DNA from: a bacterium
GTDB taxonomy: Bacteria; UBA10199; JACPAL01; GCA-016699445
Reading direction: 5' to 3'
Assembly (NCBI GenBank): GCA_035454885.1
Contig: DATIGE010000021.1
Location: forward strand, 8,897-72,896
DNA: 64,000 nt
Shown: piece after piece, positions 39,620 through 48,898 of the stretch
Layout: each line of letters starts with the position of its first letter
Position numbering within the stretch: position 1 is the stretch's first letter
The notes under the pieces: generated by a model
What the model was told of the DNA's origin: nothing
The model's input: only the letters and a program-made list of their open reading frames with translations
Database searches by the model: none
Translations under genes and position numbers: made by a program

Positions 39620-41119
39620 ATGTTCAAGAAAGTCCTCATCGCCAACCGCGGAGAGATCGCCCTGAGGGTCATCCGCGCCTGCCGCGAGGTCGGCATCCAG
39701 ACGGTGGCGGTTTATTCCGAAATCGACCGGGCCTCCCTCCACGTCCGCTTCGCCGACGAGGCGTACGGCATCGGCCCGGCGCCCGCCAAGGAGAGCTATC
39801 TCGTCGCCGAAAAGATCCTCGAGGTCGCCAAGCAGACGAAGGCCGAGGCGATCCATCCGGGCTACGGATTTCTCTCCGAGAACGCCGATTTCTCCGACGA
39901 GTGCCGCAAGGCCGGCATCCAGTTTATCGGCCCGCGCGGCGATTCCATGCGGATGCTGGGCGACAAGATCGCCGGGCGGCGGACGGCCGAGAAGGTGGGC
40001 GTCCCGGTGGTTCCCGGCATCAAGGACCCCCTGAAGGACGCCGCGGAAGCCCGGAAGATCGCCGATAAGATCGGATACCCCGTCCTCCTCAAGGCGCGGG
40101 CCGGCGGCGGCGGCAAGGGGATGCGCAAGGTCCAGAAGCCCGAGGAGATCGAGTCGGCCTTCCGCCTGGCCTCCTCCGAGGCGGCGTCGTCCTTCAAGGA
40201 TCCGGCCCTCTACATCGAGAAGTACGTCGAGGAGCCGCATCACATCGAGGTCCAGATCCTGGGTGACCGCCACGGCAACGTCGTGGCCCTGGGCGAGCGC
40301 GAATGTTCGGTGCAGCGTCGCCATCAGAAGATCATCGAAGAGAGCCCGTCGCCCTACATCACGTCCGAGACGCGCAAGAAATTGCTCGAAGCCGCCGTCA
40401 TTCTCGGCAAGGAGGCCAAGTACGAGAACGCGGGCACGATGGAGTTTCTGGTCGACAAGAACCAGAATCACTTCTTTCTCGAAATGAACGCCCGCCTGCA
40501 GGTCGAGCACCCCATCACCGAGATGGTGACGAATATCGACTTGGTGCGCGCGCAATTGAGGATCGCGGGGGGAGAAAAACTCGAGGACATCCTGCCGAAG
40601 GAACGGGAACCGAGAGGGCATTCCATCGAATGCCGGATCTACGCCGAGGATCCGGACATGGACTTCATCCCGTCCCCGGGCTTCGTCAAAAAATCGCGGA
40701 GTCCCGAGGGCAACTGGGTGCGCGTGGATTCGGCGGTCTATTCCGGAAGCACCATCTCCGTCTATTACGACCCGATGATCGCAAAGCTCATCACGTGGGG
40801 ACGCGACCGGACGGACGCCATCCTTCGGATGGAAAGGGCGCTCAAGGAGTACCAGGTCGTCGGCGTGAAGACGAACATCGCCTTTCATGAAGCCGTTCTC
40901 TCGCATCCGGCCTTCCGCAAGGGGCATTATGACACGGGTTTCGTGGAACGCAGCATGGCGGAGCTCAAGCGCAAGTCGCACGAAGGCTACGCGGACATCG
41001 CCGCGCTGGCCGCGGTGGTTCATCAGATGAGGAAGAAGGGCGTAGGGGCGCATGGCCAGGCGCCCGTACAGGGGCCCTCCCCCTGGAAGATGGCGGGTCG
41101 GAAGGAGGGGCTGCGTTGA
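39620..41119 (+). CDS. accC: biotin carboxylase subunit
   Basis: MFKKVLIANRGEIALRVIRA... ATP-grasp biotin carboxylase. Starts 3 nt after the pccB stop. Confidence 0.9.
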   Translation: MFKKVLIANRGEIALRVIRACREVGIQTVAVYSEIDRASLHVRFADEAYGIGPAPAKESYLVAEKILEVAKQTKAEAIHPGYGFLSENADFSDECRKAGIQFIGPRGDSMRMLGDKIAGRRTAEKVGVPVVPGIKDPLKDAAEARKIADKIGYPVLLKARAGGGGKGMRKVQKPEEIESAFRLASSEAASSFKDPALYIEKYVEEPHHIEVQILGDRHGNVVALGERECSVQRRHQKIIEESPSPYITSETRKKLLEAAVILGKEAKYENAGTMEFLVDKNQNHFFLEMNARLQVEHPITEMVTNIDLVRAQLRIAGGEKLEDILPKEREPRGHSIECRIYAEDPDMDFIPSPGFVKKSRSPEGNWVRVDSAVYSGSTISVYYDPMIAKLITWGRDRTDAILRMERALKEYQVVGVKTNIAFHEAVLSHPAFRKGHYDTGFVERSMAELKRKSHEGYADIAALAAVVHQMRKKGVGAHGQAPVQGPSPWKMAGRKEGLR

Positions 41120-41600
41120 GATTTAATGCCGTCATCGGCGGCGCGGAAAAGATCCCGGTCGAAAAGATCGAAGACGGGAGGTTCCGCGTTGGCGAGAAGG
41201 AGCGCGAGGTCTCGGTCGAGGTGATCGAGGAGGGCGTCTATTCGCTCATCGTGGACGGGCAGTCCTACGAGGTGGCCGTTCGCGAGGACAAGAAGGGAAT
41301 GACGGTCGAGATCGGGGCCCACGCCATTCCCGTGAAGCTCGAGGACCCGTTCCAGGCCCGCTCCGCGTCCGGCAAGGGCGCCCTTGAGGGCGAAGCGGTG
41401 ATTTCTTCGCCCATGCCGGGCCGCGTGGTCGGCCTCAAGGTGGAGGCCGGGCAGGCGGTCAAGGAGGGGGACGGCGTTGTTCTGGTCGAAGCGATGAAGA
41501 TGGAGAACGAGCTTCACGCCCCCAAGGACGGCAAGATAAAATCCATCCTGGTCAAGGTCGGAGAAGCCGTCGAGGGCGGACAGGACTTAGTCGTCATCGA

Positions 41601-41604
<4 letters not shown>
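41116..41604 (+). CDS. biotin carboxyl carrier protein (small biotinyl subunit)
   Basis: C-terminal biotinyl domain with EAMKMENE motif. TTG start overlapping the accC stop. Its own stop overlaps the mutase start. Confidence 0.8.
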
Positions 41605-43195
<1,591 letters not shown>

Positions 43196-43199
<4 letters not shown>

Positions 43200-43924
43200 C
43201 CCTTTCGTTCCATCACCCTCACCGCCAAGACCGACAGTTCATAGAGCAGCAGGAGAGGGACGGCCAAGAGGACTTGCGATAGGACGTCCGGGCCGGGCGT
43301 CAGGATGCCGGCGATGAGGAACATCGCGACCAAGACATAGCGCCGCGCCTTGGTGAGCATCTCACGCCGGACGATTCCCGCTCGCGCCAAAAGGACGATC
43401 ACGAGCGGCATCTCGAAAACGAGTCCGAAGGTGAGGAGCATCCGCGAGATGAACCCCAGGTAGTCCTTCATTTGTGGCAGGAACTGGATGCCGGTTCCTT
43501 CCAGGGCTGAGACGAAGAAACGAAATCCGACTGGAAAGATGCCGTAGTAACCGAACAAGGCCCCGCCCAGGAAAAAGAACGTCGAGAAGAGAACGAATCC
43601 CGCTCCGAGGGTCTTTTCTTTCTGATGAAGCCCTGGGGCGATGAAGGCCCAGAATTGATACAGGACCAGGGGCGAGCTGAGGAAGGTCCCGGCCAGAAGG
43701 GCGACCTGGAGGTAGGTGATGAAAGCCTCGAGTGGGCTTGTCGCGATGAAACCCGAGCCCGCCGGCATCACCGCCAAGAGCGGTTTTTGAAGGAAAGAAA
43801 AGATTTCCTTCGAGAAATAAAGACAAGCCAGCGTTCCCACGCCGAGGCTGAGAAGCGCATAGATGAGCCTTTTCCGGAGCTCGATGAGATGTTGCACGAG
43901 GGTGAGCCGGAGGGTGTCCGTCAT
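43196..43924 (-). CDS. tatC: twin-arginine translocase subunit TatC
   Basis: LIELRKRL...6 TM helices with TatC signature blocks. Confidence 0.9.
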
Positions 43925-44091
43925 TTCGTGTCGTCTTCCTTGAATTCCGATTTGATTTCGTCCACCGTCCGCTGAACCTGGCGGACGAAACGCCCGAGCT
44001 TGCTGGCGAGCGACGGCAGCTTGTCCGGGCCGATGAAGATGACGGCCAGAATGAGGACGATCAGGAGCTCTCCGCTGCCCAAACCAAACAT
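43921..44091 (-). CDS. tatA: twin-arginine translocase TatA/E-family protein (56 aa)
   Basis: MFGLGSGELLIVLILAVIFIGPDKLPSLASKLGRFVRQ... Start at an internal Met of the long track ORF; overlaps the tatC start by 4 nt. Confidence 0.8.
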   Translation of the reverse strand: MFGLGSGELLIVLILAVIFIGPDKLPSLASKLGRFVRQVQRTVDEIKSEFKEDDTK

Positions 44092-44145
44092 GGGCCTCGT
44101 ATATCCGCCCGTGAAAGGGTTGTCAAAAAGTGGTATGGAAGCGTC

Positions 44146-45081
44146 ATGGCAGCAACCGGCGTCCTCTGGGATGCGCGTTACCTCGATCACGTCACCGGCC
44201 CCTGGCATCCCGAGCGCCCGGAACGTCTGGGCGCCATCCGTCAAGTCCTCACCGAGCGGCCCGTCGGAAAAATGGTGACGATGTTGGAGCCTCGTCCCGC
44301 GACGATCGACGAGATCGCCCTCGTCCACGACTTCGAATACGTCCGGAAAATCGAAAAGACGGCGGGTTTGGACGTCCCGCTCGATCCGGATACGTCCGCC
44401 TCCCCCGGAAGCTGGGACGCCGCCCGGCTGGCGGTCGGGGGGATTCTCAACGCGGTGGACGCCGTCTTTGAAGGAAAAGTGGCCAACGCCTTCGCCTTCG
44501 TCCGCCCGCCGGGCCATCACGCGGAAAGGGCCCGCGCGATGGGATTTTGCCTTTTCAACAACGTGGCCATCGCGGCCGAACACGCGATCCGGACGAAAAA
44601 TTGCCGTCGCGTCCTCATCGTGGACTACGACGTGCATCACGGCAATGGCACCCAGTGGGCCTTTTACGACCGGAGCGACGTCTTTTACATTTCCACCCAC
44701 CGCTATCCGTTTTATCCGGGCACCGGCTCGCGCCGCGAGGAGGGTGAAGGGAAGGGACAAGGCTACACGCTCAACGTGACCTTCCCCGGCGGGGAGGGTG
44801 ACCACGAATACTTGAAATCCTTCGACGACGTCGTGATCCCGGCCATGCGGGATTACCGCCCCGATTTCATCCTCGTCTCCGCCGGCTTTGACGCCCATCG
44901 CCTCGACCCGCTCGGCGGCATGAACGTGACCGCCGACGGCTTCGGCCGGATGTCGGAGGCGATCTTGAAGGTCGCGAAGGACTCCTGCGGCGGCAAGGCG
45001 GTGTTCGTCTTGGAGGGCGGTTACAGTCTGGAAGGCCTTTCGGAATCCGTGGAAAATTGCCTCATTCGATTGTCGCGGTAG
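44146..45081 (+). CDS. histone deacetylase-family (AcuC/HDAC-like) deacetylase
   Basis: FVRPPGHHAE...DYDVHHGNGTQ...EGGY motifs. Confidence 0.85.
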   Translation: MAATGVLWDARYLDHVTGPWHPERPERLGAIRQVLTERPVGKMVTMLEPRPATIDEIALVHDFEYVRKIEKTAGLDVPLDPDTSASPGSWDAARLAVGGILNAVDAVFEGKVANAFAFVRPPGHHAERARAMGFCLFNNVAIAAEHAIRTKNCRRVLIVDYDVHHGNGTQWAFYDRSDVFYISTHRYPFYPGTGSRREEGEGKGQGYTLNVTFPGGEGDHEYLKSFDDVVIPAMRDYRPDFILVSAGFDAHRLDPLGGMNVTADGFGRMSEAILKVAKDSCGGKAVFVLEGGYSLEGLSESVENCLIRLSR

Positions 45082-45132
45082 TCCGGCGCACGCCATCGGA
45101 CCCCTTGTATAAAGCAAAATAAGACACTTTCC

Positions 45133-45149
45133 TGGGGATAACTATTGCA
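45133..45149 (+). promoter_or_regulatory. possible sigma-54-type promoter upstream of Cys-rich protein 1
   Basis: cTGGGGATaactaTTGCAg with correct GG/GC spacing and a perfect -12 TTGCA. It lies 110-175 nt from the alternative starts, inside an unusually AT-rich intergenic region. Confidence 0.3.
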
Positions 45150-45258
45150 GATCTAAGGACTCTGATGTATGGCAGCTTCGACGCGGCCATTGTGACGCTG
45201 GACCCGGTAAGTCTCTGGAAATAATCGATGTTTTGAACCTGAAGAAGGCGGTAACACT

Positions 45259-47301
45259 GTGGACGGAAGACATCACGAGATACGACGTAGGAGGTACGTT
45301 GCCAGGATCATCCCTAGCGTCCTGATGGCCATCGGCCTGTATGCGGCGGCCGCGGCGTTTCCCATTGAGGCCCAGGCCGGCGATACCTGTTTCAGTCATA
45401 TGACCGGCAGCGGATGTGTGACCATCTGCACGGACGGTTCCGCCGAAGACACGCACCGGGACAACCATGGAGATCAGCCGTTCGGGTGCGAATGCGGCGA
45501 TGGCGTGTGTTTCGCCGTCGCGGGCGAGGACTGCAACACATGCCCGCAAGATTGCGGCGTTTGTCCCGGTTGCGGCGACTTGAGTATCACCCCGCCGGAG
45601 GAATGCGACGGATCGGCCTCGGCCTGCGCCGGCATCACGGGTTGCTCGGCCGACGGAAGCACGTGCGACTGCGACGGGTGCCGCTGCGCGCCCTTCTGCG
45701 TCGTCGACGGCGTCTGTAACGGCAGCGAGGATTGCGACAACTGCTCGGCCGATTGCGGCTCCTGTCCCGTCTGCGGCAACGGCGTCGTGGAATCGGGAGA
45801 GCAATGCGACGACGGGAACGGCGACGCGGCCGATTGCTGCGACAACAGTTGCTCCTTTACGACGAACGCCTGCGGGGACGGAAACGCCTGCAACGGCGAC
45901 GAAGTCTGCGCGAACGGCTCGTGCGGGACCGGCACGCCGTTGAGTTGCGACGACTCCAACGTCTGCAACGGGACGGAGACCTGCGATCCGCAATCCGGTT
46001 GCCAAGCCGGCGTCCCTCTGGATTGCGACGATCAGGACGCCTGTACGGACGACACCTGCGACTCGACGTTGGGCTGCGGTCACAGCACGATCGCCTGCTC
46101 CGACGGCGACCTCTGCACGACCGATACTTGCGATCCCTCCTCGGGATGTCTCTTTCCCACTTTGAGCTGCGACGACGGCGATGCCTGCACGAACGATGCC
46201 TGCGACGCAGGTCTCGGGTGTCAGACGTCTCCGACCGATTGCGACGATCAGGTGGACTGCACGACCGACGGCTGCGACCCCTCCCAGGGATGTCTGCACA
46301 CCCCGGATCACGGTGCGTGCGACGACGGCAACCCCTGCACGGACGACGTGTGCGATCCCGTGGAGGGATGCCGCAATGTCGTCGACGTCGAGAATTCCTG
46401 CAGTGACGGTGACGCCTGCAACGGCGTTGAGTCCTGCAATGCGAACGGGGGGTGCGATGCGGGGACGGTGCCCGTGTGCGACGACGGGAATCCCTGCACC
46501 GATGATTCCTGCGATTCCGCGACGGGGTGCGTGGCCGCAGCGGATGACACCAACAGTTGCTCGGACGGTGACGCCTGCAACGGCGCGGAAGCCTGCGTCC
46601 AGGGAAGCTGCCTCGGCAGCGCGCCTCTCGATTGCGACGACGGCAACGTTTGCACTGATGACGCCTGCATTCCCACCACGGGATGCGAGCATTCCGACAA
46701 CACGTCTTCCTGCGACGACGGTGACCCCTGTACGCCGGGCGACGTTTGCGCGGGCGGAGTTTGCGCCGGACGGGACGGCGACAACGACACCGTCGGCGAC
46801 GACTGCGACAAGTGTCCCGGCGGCAATGATCAGGTCGACTCCGACAAGGACGGCATTCCGAACGCCTGCGACAGTTGCGCCGGCGCGGCCACGGATGGCG
46901 ATGGGGATGGAACCCCCGACGCGTGCGATGTCTGTCCCGCGGACGCGACTGATGATTCCGACGGCGACGGGGTGTGCGACGGGGAGGACAACTGCCCGAA
47001 CGCCTCGAATTCCAGTCAAGCCGACGGCGATGCCGACGGCCTGGGCGATGCCTGCGACGATTGTCAGGATGCCAATTTCAACGGAACCTGCGACGACGAG
47101 GAGGGGACGTTGGCCGATGCGCCCGATGCGCCACCTCCACCGCCCGGCGGGGCGCCGACTCCCATGGGCGTGGCCGCGGGCAGGAACTGCCATCTGGTGC
47201 GGGGTGATGCCGCCAAGCCGGGGTCGGACGACCTGCTTCTGTTCCTCGCCGCCGCCGCCTTCCTCGGATCGGTGAGATTTTTTAGGCGTCTTGCGGATTA
47301 A
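45259..47301 (+). CDS. secreted cysteine-rich repeat protein 1 (Myxococcus-type Cys repeats plus TSP3-like Asp repeats), with a C-terminal hydrophobic/basic tail
   Basis: More than 15 repeats of CDDxxxCTxDxCDxxxGC. Followed by DGDGDGTPDACDVCPADATDDSDGDGVCD (TSP3/Ca-binding-like). C-terminus is ...GRNCHLVRGDAAKPGSDDLLLFLAAAAFLGSVRFFRRLAD. Start ambiguous: ATG 45259 with an RRRR n-region, or ATG 45325 giving MAIGLYAAAAAFPIEAQA. Confidence 0.75.
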   Translation: MDGRHHEIRRRRYVARIIPSVLMAIGLYAAAAAFPIEAQAGDTCFSHMTGSGCVTICTDGSAEDTHRDNHGDQPFGCECGDGVCFAVAGEDCNTCPQDCGVCPGCGDLSITPPEECDGSASACAGITGCSADGSTCDCDGCRCAPFCVVDGVCNGSEDCDNCSADCGSCPVCGNGVVESGEQCDDGNGDAADCCDNSCSFTTNACGDGNACNGDEVCANGSCGTGTPLSCDDSNVCNGTETCDPQSGCQAGVPLDCDDQDACTDDTCDSTLGCGHSTIACSDGDLCTTDTCDPSSGCLFPTLSCDDGDACTNDACDAGLGCQTSPTDCDDQVDCTTDGCDPSQGCLHTPDHGACDDGNPCTDDVCDPVEGCRNVVDVENSCSDGDACNGVESCNANGGCDAGTVPVCDDGNPCTDDSCDSATGCVAAADDTNSCSDGDACNGAEACVQGSCLGSAPLDCDDGNVCTDDACIPTTGCEHSDNTSSCDDGDPCTPGDVCAGGVCAGRDGDNDTVGDDCDKCPGGNDQVDSDKDGIPNACDSCAGAATDGDGDGTPDACDVCPADATDDSDGDGVCDGEDNCPNASNSSQADGDADGLGDACDDCQDANFNGTCDDEEGTLADAPDAPPPPPGGAPTPMGVAAGRNCHLVRGDAAKPGSDDLLLFLAAAAFLGSVRFFRRLAD

Positions 47302-47325
47302 CACGCTGTGGATGGGGAGATTTCC

Positions 47326-48708
47326 ATGTTCAAGCGGACCCGTGGTGTCGGTCTTGCGGTCGTTCTCCTAGCCGGACTCATCACCCATCCTCGTTCGGCC
47401 GGCGCCCTCAACGTCCAGCTGCTCCGGCCCGGCACGGGGCATGTTCAAGGGTTTCACCTCTTCACATCGGAAACCCTGCCGAAACACCGTTTGGCCGCCG
47501 GTCTGAATCTGAATCTGGCCAATCACCCCTTCGAACAGGTCCCGGTCGGAACGACCATCCGGACCACCGGCCTGGTCGACCGTTTCGTGACGGCGGACTT
47601 GCTCCTGTCCTATGGGGCCCTCGATTGGTTGACCTTGAACTTGGGGATGCCGGTCAACGTCTACCACGACATCGCCCCGACCCCGACGTCCGGACGGGAT
47701 CGCGGCGGCGGAGACGCCGGCGACCTCATCTTGAACGCCAAGATCCGCATCTTTGACGCCGAGAAGACGGGGTCTCATCTGGGACTCGCCGTCGTGCCTT
47801 TTGTGACCTTGCCGACGGGGAGACAGTCCATCTTTTTCGGGGATTCCTCGGTGACGGGCGGTGCCGTCGTGGCGGGCGACGCCCAATGGAAGTCGAACCG
47901 GTTCTACCTGAACGTCGGGGCCCGCTTCCGCGAGACGGAGACGATCGCGAATTTGACGGTCAAGCATGAGTTCGTCTTCGGCGGCGGTTTTCAGCGGCCG
48001 ATCGTCAAGAAGTGGGATTTGAACGTCATCGCGGAAGTCTTCGGTTCGACGACGCTGTCGAAAAATTTCGTCGTCCAGGACATCTCGACGCCTCTCGAAG
48101 GCATGGTCGTCCTGCAGAAAAAATGGTTGGAGAACCGGAATTTGATCACGCACGTCGGGGCCGGGGCGGGACTCACCAACGGTTATGGGGCGCCCAACGT
48201 GCGGGCGATCCTGGGCGTCTCGTATGCCTGGGATTTCAAGAAGGATGACAGACCCGCGCCCGTGGCCGTCCGCGAAGAGGTGATTGCGACGAGCAAGATC
48301 CACTTTGCCTACAATCGCTCGGAAATCCTTCCTTCGTCGCACGCCGTCTTGGACGACATCGTCCGGACGATCAAGGGGAGGCCGGAAATCCGGCAGGTTC
48401 GCGTGGAAGGGCATACCGACAGCCACGGCGCGGACGAGTACAATCAAAGGCTCTCCGAAAAGCGGGCCCAGGCCGTCATGCAATATCTCACGAACAACGG
48501 CATTCCGGCCGACCGGGTGACCGCCGTTGGGATGGGAGAAACGAAGCCGGTTGCGGACAATGTCACGAAGTCCGGCCGCGCGCAGAACCGGCGCGTGGAG
48601 TTCCACCTTCAGGTCGCGGAAGGGGCGAAAGTCCGCATCCGCGAATCCCAGGAAGCGGCCCCCACCTACGAACAGGGCGACCCCGGTGAGACCCGCCGTC
48701 GCCGCTGA
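47326..48708 (+). CDS. OmpA-family outer membrane protein 1 (about 300-aa N-terminal beta domain plus OmpA C-like peptidoglycan-binding domain)
   Basis: Signal peptide. C-terminal VEGHTDSHGADEYNQRLSEKRAQAV...GRAQNRRVEF. Confidence 0.85.
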   Translation: MFKRTRGVGLAVVLLAGLITHPRSAGALNVQLLRPGTGHVQGFHLFTSETLPKHRLAAGLNLNLANHPFEQVPVGTTIRTTGLVDRFVTADLLLSYGALDWLTLNLGMPVNVYHDIAPTPTSGRDRGGGDAGDLILNAKIRIFDAEKTGSHLGLAVVPFVTLPTGRQSIFFGDSSVTGGAVVAGDAQWKSNRFYLNVGARFRETETIANLTVKHEFVFGGGFQRPIVKKWDLNVIAEVFGSTTLSKNFVVQDISTPLEGMVVLQKKWLENRNLITHVGAGAGLTNGYGAPNVRAILGVSYAWDFKKDDRPAPVAVREEVIATSKIHFAYNRSEILPSSHAVLDDIVRTIKGRPEIRQVRVEGHTDSHGADEYNQRLSEKRAQAVMQYLTNNGIPADRVTAVGMGETKPVADNVTKSGRAQNRRVEFHLQVAEGAKVRIRESQEAAPTYEQGDPGETRRRR

Positions 48709-48843
48709 TCCCTCCAAAACCCTCTCAAATTGATAAAGCCTGATAAGGCCTGGGTGCTGATTGACCCGATTTCTCGGCACCGCGGCGGGGCCGTTTCCTT
48801 ATTTTTCAGGCCCTTAACGACGATGCCCGTGCTCATGACGCAA

Positions 48844-48861
48844 TTGGTAAACGTCTTGCAC
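48844..48861 (+). promoter_or_regulatory. possible sigma-54-type promoter upstream of Cys-rich protein 2
   Basis: TTGGTAAacgtcTTGCAc, i.e. GG-N10-GC with a perfect -12 TTGCA, about 40 nt upstream of the ATG at 48899. The -24 element is imperfect. Confidence 0.35.
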
Positions 48862-48898
48862 TAGCCCCCGATGACGAATCACAAAGTTGGGGGGAGTT

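Noticed and set aside
45142-47304. 720-aa minus-strand ORF, and similar minus-strand ORFs at 49742..51136 and 45474..45968
   Set aside because: Antisense to the Cys-rich repeat genes. The repeat structure generates long open antisense frames.
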